Below, one piece after another: positions 20,777-30,677 of a stretch of 64,000 bases of DNA. Below the pieces are notes generated by a model. That model did not search any database. It worked only from the letters and a program-made list of their open reading frames with translations, and was not told the origin of the DNA. The stretch covers positions 4,002 through 68,001 of the forward strand of contig CAUTDS010000005.1 of NCBI GenBank assembly GCA_963537175.1, in the 5' to 3' direction. A program made the position numbers and the translations under genes. This DNA is from an uncultured Actinomycetes bacterium (GTDB lineage: Bacteria; Actinomycetota; Actinomycetes; Actinomycetales; Actinomycetaceae). Positions within the stretch are counted from its first letter, which is position 1; every line of letters begins with the position of its first letter.

Positions 20777-22330
20777 TTACTTGCGTCGCTTCTCGCGCAC
20801 GCGCACAGAAATCTGAATTGGCGTGCCAGCGAAGCCGAAGGTTTCGCGCAGGCGGCGTTCGATGAAGCGGCGGTATCCGGGATCAAGGAAGCCCGTCGTG
20901 AAGAGTACGAAGCGCGGGGGCTTGCTCGAGGCCTGGGTGCCAAAGAGGATGCGCGGCTGCTTGCCGCCACGCAGCGGGTGGGGGTGTGCGGCGACGAGCT
21001 GGCCAAGGAAGGCGTTCAGCTGTCCGGTGGGGATACGCGTCTCCCAGCCTTCGAGGGCGGTGTCGAGGGCGCGCACGATGCGGTTGGTGTGCCAGCCGGT
21101 CTTCGCGGCCAGGTTGATGCGCGGGGCCCACTGGATCTGAACCAGCTCGCGCTCGAGCTCGTTCTTGATCTCCTTCTGGCGGTCCTCGTCGACGAGGTCC
21201 CACTTGTTGGTGACGACGACGAGCGCGCGGCCCGCGTCGATGACCTGCTGGACGACACGCACGTCCTGCTCGGTCAGCGGCGACGAACCGTCGATGAGGA
21301 CGAGGGCGACCTCGGCCTTTTCGATCGCGGCCTGAGTGCGGATGGACGCGTAGTAGTCGGCGCCCGTTGTGCGGTGCATCTTGCGGCGGATACCCGCGGT
21401 GTCGACGAACCACCACGAACGACCGTCGAGCTCGATGAGCTCGTCGACGGGGTCACGGGTGGTACCGGCGAGCTCATTGACGACGACGCGCTCGCCTCCG
21501 GCCAGCGCATTGAGCAGGGAGGACTTACCGACGTTGGGGCGACCGACCAGGGCGACGCGACGCGGGCCGCCCGACGGCAGAGCCGAGGCGACGGCCGACT
21601 CCGTGGGCAGGACCTTCATGACGACGTCCAGGAGATCACCGGTGCCACGTCCATGCAGGGCGGAAATGGGGTAGGGCTCGCCCAGGCCAAGGCTCCACAG
21701 GTAGGCAGCGTCGGCCTCCTGCAGGGGAGAGTCCACCTTGTTGGCGGCCAGGATGATCGGCTTGTTCTTGGCGCGCAGCATCTCCACGATGCGCTCGTCC
21801 GAGGCCGTGACGCCGACGGTCGCGTCCAGGACGAGGACGACAGCGTCAGCGAGGTCGACCGCGATCTCAGCCTGCTCGGCGACGGAGCGATCCAGTCCCT
21901 TGACGTCGATCTCCCAGCCGCCGGTGTCGACGAGCGTGAAGTCGCGACCCGCCCATTCTGCGGGGTACGAGACTCGGTCGCGGGTCACGCCCGGCGTGTC
22001 CTGCACGACGGCTTCGCGGCGTCCAAGAATGCGGTTGACCAGCGTGGACTTGCCAACGTTGGGACGGCCGACGACTGCAAGAACGGGCAGGCCGGCTGCG
22101 ACGTCGTCAGAGTCCGCGAGTGAAGACTCGCCGGCCAGGAGCGCCAGGTCCTCCTCGTCTAGGTCGAATTGGTCGAGGTTGGCGCGCATGAGACGGGCGC
22201 GCGCCTCGGTCTCCGTTACGCTCAGGTCGATCGCGTCAGGCGAGGTGCCCTCCGCGTCGGCGATGTAGTTTTCGGCCGCGTCCGCGTCGAATGCTGTGGT
22301 CGCGTCGGGCTGGTTGTCAAAGTCATTCAC
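20777..22330 (-). CDS. der: Ribosome-associated GTPase Der/EngA (two GTPase domains + KH-like domain, acidic N-terminal extension)
   Basis: Two G1 motifs (GRPNVGKST and GRPNVGKSS), two DTGG/DTAG G3 motifs and a C-terminal KH-like region. Confidence 0.9.
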   Translation of the reverse strand: MNDFDNQPDATTAFDADAAENYIADAEGTSPDAIDLSVTETEARARLMRANLDQFDLDEEDLALLAGESSLADSDDVAAGLPVLAVVGRPNVGKSTLVNRILGRREAVVQDTPGVTRDRVSYPAEWAGRDFTLVDTGGWEIDVKGLDRSVAEQAEIAVDLADAVVLVLDATVGVTASDERIVEMLRAKNKPIILAANKVDSPLQEADAAYLWSLGLGEPYPISALHGRGTGDLLDVVMKVLPTESAVASALPSGGPRRVALVGRPNVGKSSLLNALAGGERVVVNELAGTTRDPVDELIELDGRSWWFVDTAGIRRKMHRTTGADYYASIRTQAAIEKAEVALVLIDGSSPLTEQDVRVVQQVIDAGRALVVVTNKWDLVDEDRQKEIKNELERELVQIQWAPRINLAAKTGWHTNRIVRALDTALEGWETRIPTGQLNAFLGQLVAAHPHPLRGGKQPRILFGTQASSKPPRFVLFTTGFLDPGYRRFIERRLRETFGFAGTPIQISVRVREKRRK

Positions 22331-22409
22331 CCGCCCAGTCTACGGCTTGGCGCGCCGCGAAGGCCCGATGGGGGCCCTTGCGGCGCGCCAGTTCACAGCT
22401 TCGCAGTGT

Positions 22410-23990
22410 TTATTCGTGCGCGCGTACGTCGCCGGCGAGGACTTCGGCAGCGACGGGCACGTCGTTGTATCGGTGGTGGATCCCCTGGATTTCCTGGTAC
22501 CACTCGGCGCCCTTACCCGTGATGATGACGGTGTCGCCGGGCTCGGCCGCCAGGATCGCGCGCCGCAGGGCGTCGCGACGGCAGGTTGTCACCTCGGTGA
22601 CGTCTTCCATGCCCGGGCGTACGGATGCGATGCCGCGCAGCAGGTAGTCGCGGATTTCCTGGGGGTCCTCGGTGCGCGGGTTCTCGTCCGTCACCCACAG
22701 CACGTCGGCCTCACGCGCGGCGATCTGTGCGAGGTGCTCACGCTTGGTGGCGTCGCGATCGCCGTCCGTGCCGAAAACAACGACGACGCGGCCGGGGGTG
22801 AGCTCGCGGGTCGAACGCAGAGTCCATTCGAGGGCTTCCGGCGTGTGAGCGTAGTCGACGATGACGAGCGGTTGACCGCCGGGCGTCGGGTTGACCTTCT
22901 CCATGCGTCCCGGAATCTGGGGAGCATCCTCGATCGTCGAGATCACATCCGCGAGGTCGATGCCGAGGCTCACTGCGCTGACGATCGCGACGGCGGTGTT
23001 CTGAATATTGACCTCACCCAGGATTGGCATGGCGACGCGGTGGCCCGTGCCGCTGGGATCGATCAGGGTGAACACGGTACGCCCGATTGTCTTGTCGGGG
23101 GTCACGTCGCGGACTTGCCAGTCGGCGGCCTCCTTGGTCAGTGCCGACACCGTCGTGACCGGTACGGTCGCCTGCTGCGCCAGGCGGCGACCCCATTCGT
23201 CATCCACGCACACGACGCCGTGGCGGGAATGCTCGGGGGTGAACAACAGTGCCTTCGCCTGGAAGTAGTTCTCCATGTCGCCGTAATAGTCGAGGTGGTC
23301 GTGCTGCAGGTTCGTAAACGCGGCAACGTCGAAGACAATACCGTCGACGCGGTGCAGGGAAAGCGCGTGCGCCGACAGTTCGATAACGCCCGCGCCGCAC
23401 TCGTACTGCTCGGTGGCGGCCAGGAAGCGGGCGACGACGGGGGCTTCGGCGGTTGTACGCACGGCCTCGAACGAAATGGGGCCGACGTGTGTTTCCACGG
23501 TGCCGCACAGCGACGCGTTCGGGAATCGCGATGCGATGGCGGCGCGCATCAGGTACGAAGTCGTCGTCTTCCCATTCGTGCCAGTCACCGCCATCGTTGT
23601 GAGGCGAGTGGCGGGGGAAGCGTAGATGTTCGCGCACAGCTGCGGAACGACGGCACGCGGGTCGGCCACCTGGATGACAGGCACTCCAAGGCCGCGTTCG
23701 AAAGCCTGCGTGCGGCCCTCCTCGTCGGTGAGAACGACACTCGCCCCGGCCTCGATCGCCGCGTGCGCGAAACGGATGCCGTGCTGCTTGAGGCCCGGGA
23801 TTGCGACGAACAACCACTCGGCCTCGCAGTCGTCGGACGACACGGTGATGCCACGCAGGCTGAGGGGGGACTCGGCGATCTGCGCAAGCGAGCCGTCGGC
23901 GCCGTAAAACCCCTGGATGTCGAGGCCTTCGAGGGCAGTCGTTAACGAAAGCGGCGCGATCGTGGGGCGAATATCAGTCACTGAAGTCAT
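22410..23990 (-). CDS. murE: Mur ligase family protein, MurE-like (UDP-MurNAc-L-Ala-D-Glu : diamino-acid ligase)
   Basis: TGTNGKTTT P-loop, TNLQHDHLDYYGDMENYFQAKALLF, GTDGDRD, and TDENPRTEDP aligned with E. coli TDDNPRTEEP. The ATG at 23990 was chosen; the rest of the 1041-aa track ORF is antisense to pepN. Confidence 0.8.
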   Translation of the reverse strand: MTSVTDIRPTIAPLSLTTALEGLDIQGFYGADGSLAQIAESPLSLRGITVSSDDCEAEWLFVAIPGLKQHGIRFAHAAIEAGASVVLTDEEGRTQAFERGLGVPVIQVADPRAVVPQLCANIYASPATRLTTMAVTGTNGKTTTSYLMRAAIASRFPNASLCGTVETHVGPISFEAVRTTAEAPVVARFLAATEQYECGAGVIELSAHALSLHRVDGIVFDVAAFTNLQHDHLDYYGDMENYFQAKALLFTPEHSRHGVVCVDDEWGRRLAQQATVPVTTVSALTKEAADWQVRDVTPDKTIGRTVFTLIDPSGTGHRVAMPILGEVNIQNTAVAIVSAVSLGIDLADVISTIEDAPQIPGRMEKVNPTPGGQPLVIVDYAHTPEALEWTLRSTRELTPGRVVVVFGTDGDRDATKREHLAQIAAREADVLWVTDENPRTEDPQEIRDYLLRGIASVRPGMEDVTEVTTCRRDALRRAILAAEPGDTVIITGKGAEWYQEIQGIHHRYNDVPVAAEVLAGDVRAHE

Positions 23991-24062
23991 GGGTCTACTG
24001 TAGTTCGTCGCGACGGCGGCGCGCGCCACACATACCGGCGGTGACACAGTAGGATAGGTGGC

Positions 24063-26642
24063 ATGCAGATTTTGACACGCAACGAAGCAACCCATCGCGC
24101 TGCCCATCTTCACGTTTCCGCCATCGACGTCGTTGTCGATATCCGAGACGCACGGGACACCACGAACCCGACCTATCCCGTCACGTCGACGCTGACGTTG
24201 ACGTCGGACGAGGAGCGCACCTTCATCGACATTGCCGGCGAGGTGAGTGAGGTTCTCCTCAACGGCGAGCCCCACGCGTTCGACGACGACGAAGACCGCG
24301 TGTGGGTCGGTGGACTGCCGGTGGGGGAGACAATCACCCTCGAGGTTCGTGCCCTGGCGCGCTACTCGCGCAGCGGCGAGGGCCTGCACCGCTACACCGA
24401 TCCCGAGGATGGTGAAGTCTACCTCTACACCCAGTTCGAGCCCAACGACGCTCACCGTGCGTGGCCGTGCGTGGACCAGCCAGACGTCAAGCCCGAGTGG
24501 ACGTTCCACGTGATCGCTCCCGACGGCTGGGTCGTCTCCTCCAACGGAATTGAGAGCGCCGCCGAGGTCGTGGATGACTCGGGTGCGCTGCGCCATGACT
24601 TCACGGCGACTCGCCCGCTGTCGAGCTACATCACTGCGATCGTCGCCGGCCCGTGGGCGGTCATTGACGGCGGCACGTGGAGCGGCGGAGCATCGGATGG
24701 CGGCCACGCCGAGCTGGCGTTGCGCCTCCTGTGCCGTCGTACGCTCGCGCGCTACCTCGACTCCGACGATGTCATCGAGGTGACTCGTGCCGGGCTTGAC
24801 TTCTTCCACGAACGCTACGGAGTGACCTTCCCGTGGGGATCCTACGACCAGGTGTACGTGCCTGAATACAACCTCGGCGCCATGGAAAACCCTGGGTGCA
24901 TCACATTTAACGAAAACTACATTTCGCGCTCCACGCCCACCTTCTCTGAGCGCCAGCGCCGTGCAAATACGACGCTGCACGAAATGTGCCACATGTGGTT
25001 CGGCGACCTCGCCACGCCCTCGTGGTGGGATGACCTGTGGCTCAAGGAGTCTTTCGCCGAGAATCAGGGAGCCAGCGCGATTGCGACGGCGACCCGCTAC
25101 GTGGGCGAATGGGCGAACTTCGCGATGAATCGCAAGATCTGGGCCTACACGCAGGACCAGATGCCGACCACGCACCCGATCGCCGCCGACATTCCGGACG
25201 TTGCCGCTGCGAAGACGAACTTCGACGGCATCACCTACGCGAAGGGCGCCTCCGTTCTTAAGCAGCTGGTCGCCTGGGTCGGGGAGGATGCTTTCTACGA
25301 GGGGGCACGCCGCTACTTTGCCGAGCACCAGTTCGGCGCAACCAACCTCCAGGATCTCCTCGTTGCGCTCGAGGGTGCCTCGCGCCAGGAACTCTCCTCC
25401 TGGAAGAGCGCGTGGCTGGAGACCTCCGGCCCGTCGACGCTGTCCGCTTCGTGGGTGACGGACAACGTTGGCGCGATCACGGACTTCACGCTCCACCAGG
25501 GCGGCGAGGCCTGCAACGGCGTGCTGCGTCCCCATCGTGTCACCGTTTCAACCTGGCGCGTCGCGGCCGGGGCACTGGAGCGTACCCACGTGTTCGACGT
25601 CCGTATCGACGGCGAAACTGCGCCGATCGATCCCGAGGGTGTTGTGGCGGTGCCCGGCGGCGCCGCGTTCGCCGACCTGGTCGTCGTCAACGACGATGAC
25701 CTGACCTACGCTATCTCCCGCCTCGACGAGCGCTCGACCGACGTCGCGCTGGCCTACGTGGGCACCATCGATGCGGCTATCACGCGAGCCGTCATCTGGG
25801 CATCGCTCTGGAACGCCGTGCGCGACGGACTACTGGATCCGCGGCGCTTTGTCGTCGCGGTTCTGAATGCCGTTCCGTCCGAAACTGAGCCCGCGATCCG
25901 CGATCGCCTCCTGCTTTTCGTCGCCGAGGCGATCTCCTCCTTCCTGCCGGGACAGGCTCGCGCAGACGTCCATGACCAGGTGCTTGCGACGACGATCCGT
26001 CTGTCTCGTGAGACCGAGGACTCCGACGCGTGGCGCTCGTACACGCGCGCGTTCATCGCCGAATTCGCCGCCCGCGGTGGAGACGAGTATGAGGCGACGG
26101 TCCGTGACTTCGCCAGCAGCGACAACCCCGATATTGCCTGGCGTGCGCGGCGCGCCCTGGCTGCCCGCGGCCTCGTCGATGAGGCGGCTATCGAGTCTTG
26201 GCGCAGTGCGGACGGCTCAGGCGAAGCCGCCCGTATGAGCGTCGAGGCCCTCGCGTCGCTCCCTTCGGAAGAAGCTCGTGCGCGGGCGTGGGAGTCGGTG
26301 TTCTCCGATACCCTCTCGAACGACTACCTCACCGCGACCCTGGCCGGCCTGCAGGCCTCGTCATGGGAGGGGGAGACCGGTATCGGCAGCGCCGTTGAGC
26401 GCATGATCTCCTACTGGGAGGCCCACACGATCGGCATGGCGCTGCGCTATGCAAACGGCGTCCTCGCTCTCGGTGTCGACGTCGACCGCGATGGCAGCGT
26501 CGAGAGCTCCGTCGGACTGCTGCGCCGCTGGCTCGACGAGCATGAGGAAGCGCCCGCGCAGCTGCGCCGCATCGTCGTCGAGCACCTCGACGCTTTCGAA
26601 CGCGACGAGCGCGTGCAGCGTCGCTGGAGTTCGGGCCAGTGA
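24063..26642 (+). CDS. pepN: Aminopeptidase N (M1 family)
   Basis: GAMEN exopeptidase motif and HEMCHMWFGD-x18-E zinc site, 859 aa. Confidence 0.9.
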   Translation: MQILTRNEATHRAAHLHVSAIDVVVDIRDARDTTNPTYPVTSTLTLTSDEERTFIDIAGEVSEVLLNGEPHAFDDDEDRVWVGGLPVGETITLEVRALARYSRSGEGLHRYTDPEDGEVYLYTQFEPNDAHRAWPCVDQPDVKPEWTFHVIAPDGWVVSSNGIESAAEVVDDSGALRHDFTATRPLSSYITAIVAGPWAVIDGGTWSGGASDGGHAELALRLLCRRTLARYLDSDDVIEVTRAGLDFFHERYGVTFPWGSYDQVYVPEYNLGAMENPGCITFNENYISRSTPTFSERQRRANTTLHEMCHMWFGDLATPSWWDDLWLKESFAENQGASAIATATRYVGEWANFAMNRKIWAYTQDQMPTTHPIAADIPDVAAAKTNFDGITYAKGASVLKQLVAWVGEDAFYEGARRYFAEHQFGATNLQDLLVALEGASRQELSSWKSAWLETSGPSTLSASWVTDNVGAITDFTLHQGGEACNGVLRPHRVTVSTWRVAAGALERTHVFDVRIDGETAPIDPEGVVAVPGGAAFADLVVVNDDDLTYAISRLDERSTDVALAYVGTIDAAITRAVIWASLWNAVRDGLLDPRRFVVAVLNAVPSETEPAIRDRLLLFVAEAISSFLPGQARADVHDQVLATTIRLSRETEDSDAWRSYTRAFIAEFAARGGDEYEATVRDFASSDNPDIAWRARRALAARGLVDEAAIESWRSADGSGEAARMSVEALASLPSEEARARAWESVFSDTLSNDYLTATLAGLQASSWEGETGIGSAVERMISYWEAHTIGMALRYANGVLALGVDVDRDGSVESSVGLLRRWLDEHEEAPAQLRRIVVEHLDAFERDERVQRRWSSGQ

Positions 26643-27499
26643 CACAGCCGGGACATCGAGGCACGGAGCCGGGGGAGGAGCGCTATGACGCTGCTCCCCA
26701 GGCCTCGTCCGTGGACCCCGCGGCCTCGATGTCTCTGCTCACCTCGCTTCTCTCCAACCCGCTGGACGCCGGGTACGAGCACTACCGCGCAGACCACGGC
26801 CCACGACCCGCGGGACTCTTCGGCCGCATCGCAGTCTTCGCAGTGGCTGTCGCCCTCGGGTTCGGATCGGTGATCGCGATTGACTCGCTGAGGCGCCCGG
26901 CCAATGATGTGAAAGCCGACCTGAAGGAGCAGGCTGCTACGCGGGCGAGCAACGTCGAAGCCTTGGACGACGAGGTGCAGTCCCTTGGCCGTGCCATCGA
27001 CGACCTGTCGCAGTCAGGCTCGCCAATCGCCGTGGACGGTGCTCGTGACCTGGTCACGGCCACACGCCCCGTCAGTGGGCCCGGCATCACCGTGACGCTC
27101 ACGGATCGAAGCGGCCCGGGCAAGGGGAGTGGAGCCGTTCGTGATCAAGATGTCGCGATGGTCGTCAACGCCCTCTGGGCCGCTGGCGCGGAGGCTATTT
27201 CGGTCAACGGCCAGCGCATTGGGCCAGATACTTTTGTGCGAACCGCAGGCTCGGCCATCCTGGTCAACGTCACCCCCGTGTCCTCTCCCTACGAGGTTGC
27301 GGCGATCGGGGACTCGAACGCGCTCTCCGTCGCGCTCGTCCGTGGTTCCACCGGTGACTACCTGTCCGCTGCCCAATCGGTCAGCGGGATGACCGTGAGC
27401 TCGAAGGTCTCTTCGAAGCTGAGTATGGAAGCACTGGCGCCGACCTCACCGCAGTACGCACAACCGCTGGACACACAACACGAAGGAGACACTCAATGA
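26639..27499 (+). CDS. DUF881 membrane protein (Rv1823-like)
   Basis: One N-terminal TM helix and VRDQDVAMVVNALWAAGAEAISVNGQRIG, a DUF881 signature. The GTG start overlapping the pepN stop is uncertain; the ATG at 26729 is an alternative. Confidence 0.7.
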   Translation: MTQPGHRGTEPGEERYDAAPQASSVDPAASMSLLTSLLSNPLDAGYEHYRADHGPRPAGLFGRIAVFAVAVALGFGSVIAIDSLRRPANDVKADLKEQAATRASNVEALDDEVQSLGRAIDDLSQSGSPIAVDGARDLVTATRPVSGPGITVTLTDRSGPGKGSGAVRDQDVAMVVNALWAAGAEAISVNGQRIGPDTFVRTAGSAILVNVTPVSSPYEVAAIGDSNALSVALVRGSTGDYLSAAQSVSGMTVSSKVSSKLSMEALAPTSPQYAQPLDTQHEGDTQ

Positions 27500-27828
27500 T
27501 CGCCGTCATCGGATTGATCATCGGCATTGTTCTCGGAGTCTTGCTCGACCCGACCGTGCCCGCGTGGCTGACCCCGTTCCTTCCCGTCGCCGTCGTTGCT
27601 GGCCTGGACGCGCTCTTCGGTGCGGGGCGCGCATGGCTGGAAGGACGCTTTGCAGACCGCGTGTTTGTGACCTCGTTCTTCTGGAACGTCGTCGTTGCAT
27701 GTCTGCTGGTCTTCCTGGGAACCCAGCTGGGTGTCGGATCCGCCATGACGACGGCTGTCGTCGTCGTGCTCGGTATTCGTATTTTCTCCAACACTGCCTC
27801 GATCCGTCGTCTCATTCTGAAGGCCTGA
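27496..27828 (+). CDS. sbp: Small basic membrane protein Sbp (DUF1290, Rv1824-like)
   Basis: 110-aa multi-TM protein flanked by two DUF881 genes, as in the mycobacterial Rv1823-Rv1825 cluster. ATGA overlap with the upstream gene. Confidence 0.75.
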   Translation: MIAVIGLIIGIVLGVLLDPTVPAWLTPFLPVAVVAGLDALFGAGRAWLEGRFADRVFVTSFFWNVVVACLLVFLGTQLGVGSAMTTAVVVVLGIRIFSNTASIRRLILKA

Positions 27829-27829
27829 C

Positions 27830-28624
27830 ATGAGCGACCAGAGCCCACAGACAATCCCCTCCGTCTCCGAGAGCGAGCCCCGCGGGCATGGCGTTCACCG
27901 TGAGTCACACAGCGGCCCACGCCTGTGGGCGCGGGCGCGGCAGGCGTTCTTCGCGCTGCCTCGCGGGCTGCACGTCGTCATGCTCGTGATCTTCATGGTT
28001 GTGGGATTCGCGCTTGCCACGCAGGTACGGGCGCAGCGATCCGACCCGCTCGAAGGACTGTCTGAACAAGATCTCGTGACGGTGCTCGATGAGTTGGGCA
28101 CCCAGGAGCAAAACCTGCGCACGCGTCGCGGAGAACTGTCCAGCGAACTCGATGAGCTGCGCAGTGCTGCGGATGAAGCGCAAGCTCGTGAGCAGGCGGC
28201 ACGTAAGGCCGAAACACAGGCGCAGATCGCCGCGGGCACAGTGCCGGTGCACGGCCCCGGCGTGACGGTGTCGGTCGTCGACGCCGGCGCAAATCTGACG
28301 TCGACGCAGTTCGTCATGACGCTCGGTGAGTTGCGCAATGCGGGTGCCGAGGCGATCGAACTCAACGGTATTCGCCTGTCGACTCGGTCCTCGTTCACCG
28401 GACAGGCCGGATCGATCGCGGTCGACGGAATTCCCATTGCGTCACCCTACACGTGGAAAGTGATCGGGGAGTCTCAGACGATCGCCACCGCGCTGGACAT
28501 CCAGGCCGGTTCGGCAGCCCAGATGCGCGCAAAGGGCGCCACTGTGGCGATCACTCCGTCGGCCGACATGACGATTGAGTCGATCGCGACTCCGCGCCCG
28601 CCCCAGTTCGCAACCTACCAATGA
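27830..28624 (+). CDS. DUF881 membrane protein (Rv1825-like)
   Basis: TM helix, coiled-coil region and MTLGELRNAGAEAIELNGIRLS, a DUF881 core. Confidence 0.75.
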   Translation: MSDQSPQTIPSVSESEPRGHGVHRESHSGPRLWARARQAFFALPRGLHVVMLVIFMVVGFALATQVRAQRSDPLEGLSEQDLVTVLDELGTQEQNLRTRRGELSSELDELRSAADEAQAREQAARKAETQAQIAAGTVPVHGPGVTVSVVDAGANLTSTQFVMTLGELRNAGAEAIELNGIRLSTRSSFTGQAGSIAVDGIPIASPYTWKVIGESQTIATALDIQAGSAAQMRAKGATVAITPSADMTIESIATPRPPQFATYQ

Positions 28625-28727
28625 AGTCCCCCCGTATAATCGGCGGGGGAGTCACCGTTCCCGCGCTTGTCGGATGGTGAACGTTTACACTTAATGCAGT
28701 CCCTGAAATGATCGTTTGGAGCGCACA

Positions 28728-29162
28728 ATGTCCGACAACCAGCCGTTTGACCCGACCGCAACCTCCATCTTTGGCCTCGCGCCTGTGACGGAGGACGTCG
28801 AAGAGGCTCCCGTTGCCCTGTCTGCTCGCGATCGCGAAGCGGTCGAGGCGCTGCCTGCCGGCTCCGCACTTCTCATCGTCCAGCGCGGCCCCAACACGGG
28901 CGCACGCTTCCTCCTCGATCCCGAGGTGACGAACGCCGGTCGGTCGCCCAAGGCCGATATCTTCCTGGATGACGTGACGGTCTCGCGCAAGCACTGCCAA
29001 TTCATTGCCTCGAATGGCGGCCACATCGTGCGCGATTCCGGTTCGCTCAACGGCACGTACGTGAACCGTGAGCGCGTCGATTCGATTGAATTGCACGCCG
29101 GCGACGAGGTGCAGATCGGCAAGTATCGCTTGACCTACCAGCCGTCGACCAAGCAGGCCTGA
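28728..29162 (+). CDS. garA: FHA-domain regulator GarA/OdhI
   Basis: Strong similarity to GarA as remembered (LPAGSALLIVQRGPNTGARFLL, DIFLDDVTVSRKH, GSLNGTYVNRE, GDEVQIGKYRL). The N-terminal TATSIF resembles the ETTSVF phospho-threonine motif. Confidence 0.85.
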   Translation: MSDNQPFDPTATSIFGLAPVTEDVEEAPVALSARDREAVEALPAGSALLIVQRGPNTGARFLLDPEVTNAGRSPKADIFLDDVTVSRKHCQFIASNGGHIVRDSGSLNGTYVNRERVDSIELHAGDEVQIGKYRLTYQPSTKQA

Positions 29163-29163
29163 C

Positions 29164-29931
29164 GTGTGCGCAGCTCTTGCACGTCGCCACGAGGTTGCTT
29201 CCGCTGCGGAAGTGACCTCGTGGCCGCATGATGCGGATCATTCTCCGGAGCTGTCGATCGGCCGAGTCGTTGATGCGCTGAAGGCCGAGTTTCCTGCGAT
29301 CTCGCTGTCGAAGGTTCGCTATCTGGAGAGTGAAGGCCTTGTCTCGCCCGCTCGCAGCGGATCCGGGTATCGCAAGTATTCGGCTGCCGACGTCGAGCGA
29401 CTGCGTTACGTCCTCACGGAGCAGCGCGATTCTTTCACTCCGCTGAGTGTGATTCGCGGGCAGCTCGATGCGCTCGATGCCGGTCATGAGCCCGTGCGCC
29501 GTCGTGTCGCGCAGGTCGTCTCGTCAGAGGGACAGACGGTGTCGCTGGGGGGACGCCGGGCCATTCCGGCGGCGGACCTGTCGGACCTGACGGGCGTCGA
29601 CATGGACACCCTCGAGCGCTATGCGCGGCTCGGTCTGATCACTCCGGACCTTGCCGGTTTTTTCCCTTCTCGCTGCGTGCAAGCCGTTTCTACCATCGCG
29701 CGTCTCGAATCTGCGGGAGTGGATGTTCGGGTGCTGCGCGCAGTCCGTCAGGGTGCGGAGCGCAGCGCAGATATCATCGATCAGACGGTTTCTTCTCAGA
29801 GGGGACGAGGCCGTGGCGCGGACCGGGAGCGTGCGCGCGCCCGCGCTATCGAACTGGGCGACCTGTTCGCCGAATTGCATCGGGAGATGCTGGCGGTGGC
29901 GGTATCATCGCTGGCTGAGGACGGGGACTAA
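29164..29931 (+). CDS. ftsR: MerR-family transcriptional regulator (FtsR/Rv1828-like)
   Basis: MerR HTH (LSIGRVVDALKAEFPAISLSKVRYLESEGLVSPARSGSGYRKYSAADVERLRYVL). It sits directly downstream of garA, as in Mycobacterium and Corynebacterium. Confidence 0.7.
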   Translation: MCAALARRHEVASAAEVTSWPHDADHSPELSIGRVVDALKAEFPAISLSKVRYLESEGLVSPARSGSGYRKYSAADVERLRYVLTEQRDSFTPLSVIRGQLDALDAGHEPVRRRVAQVVSSEGQTVSLGGRRAIPAADLSDLTGVDMDTLERYARLGLITPDLAGFFPSRCVQAVSTIARLESAGVDVRVLRAVRQGAERSADIIDQTVSSQRGRGRGADRERARARAIELGDLFAELHREMLAVAVSSLAEDGD

Positions 29932-30043
29932 GTCTCATGTTCAACATGAAGGTTAGACTCGCCGGGTTGGTCATTGACCGAGCGTCGCTCGTGGCCTACC
30001 GTAGTCCTGTTCTCATCACGTATTACCTGCAAGGAGCCCCCGC

Positions 30044-30595
30044 GTGAGCGCACAAGCGAACGCCGCAAGCCGGCAAGGCATGCTGTTCGGCGATCCCCTC
30101 GAGGGGCTCGACACAGACGAGGTGGGCTACCGCGGCCCCGTTGCGTGCAGTGCAGCCGGTATTACGTACCGTCAGCTCGATTACTGGGCTCGCACCGGTC
30201 TCCTGCAGCCGTCGATCCGTGCCGCGCGCGGCTCCGGATCGCAGCGTCTCTACTCCTTCCGTGACATTCTTGTCCTCAAGGTCGTCAAGAAGCTCCTGGA
30301 TGCCGGCGTTTCTCTCCAGCAGGTTCGCGTCGCCGTGTCCTCGCTGCAGAACAGGGGAGTGGATGACCTTGCATCCATCACGCTGATGAGCGACGGTGCT
30401 TCGGTCTACGAGTGCACCTCCACCGATGAGGTTATCGATCTCCTTCAGGGCGGACAGGGCGTGTTTGGAATCGCTGTGGGCCGCGTCTGGCGCGAGGTTG
30501 AGGGTTCGCTCGCGGAGCTGCCCCTTGAGCGCTCCGAGCCTGCGTTCGTCGACGAGCTCGCCGAGCGTCGCCGGTCGAAGCTTTCCGCTTCCTGA
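30044..30595 (+). CDS. MerR-family transcriptional regulator (Rv1830-like)
   Basis: MerR HTH (AAGITYRQLDYWARTGLLQPS...RLYSFRDILVLKVVKKLLDAGVSLQ). Confidence 0.75.
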   Translation: MSAQANAASRQGMLFGDPLEGLDTDEVGYRGPVACSAAGITYRQLDYWARTGLLQPSIRAARGSGSQRLYSFRDILVLKVVKKLLDAGVSLQQVRVAVSSLQNRGVDDLASITLMSDGASVYECTSTDEVIDLLQGGQGVFGIAVGRVWREVEGSLAELPLERSEPAFVDELAERRRSKLSAS

Positions 30596-30613
30596 CACGC
30601 GTCTTCAACGTAG

Positions 30614-30648
30614 GTGTGGGGCCCAGGCACGATGCCTGGGCCCCACAC
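30614..30648. terminator. Bidirectional GC-rich hairpin between the convergent MerR gene and the Hsp70-like gene
   Basis: gtgtggggcccaggc-acgat-gcctgggccccacac, a perfect 15-bp stem. Confidence 0.55.
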
Positions 30649-30677
30649 TTATTGATAGGTGAGCACCGCCTGCGCGA

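Noticed and set aside
20669-23945. Plus-strand ORFs 20669..22123 (484 aa) and 22296..23945 (549 aa)
   Set aside because: They are antisense to der and the murE-like gene respectively. Their sequences are Arg/Gly/Asp/Val-rich low complexity, so they are shadow ORFs.
23991-25535. N-terminal 515 aa of the 1041-aa minus-strand ORF 22410..25535
   Set aside because: Only the C-terminal 526 aa (from the ATG at 23990) look like a Mur ligase. The upstream part is antisense to pepN, which has the GAMEN and HEXXH motifs, and it carries no recognisable domain.
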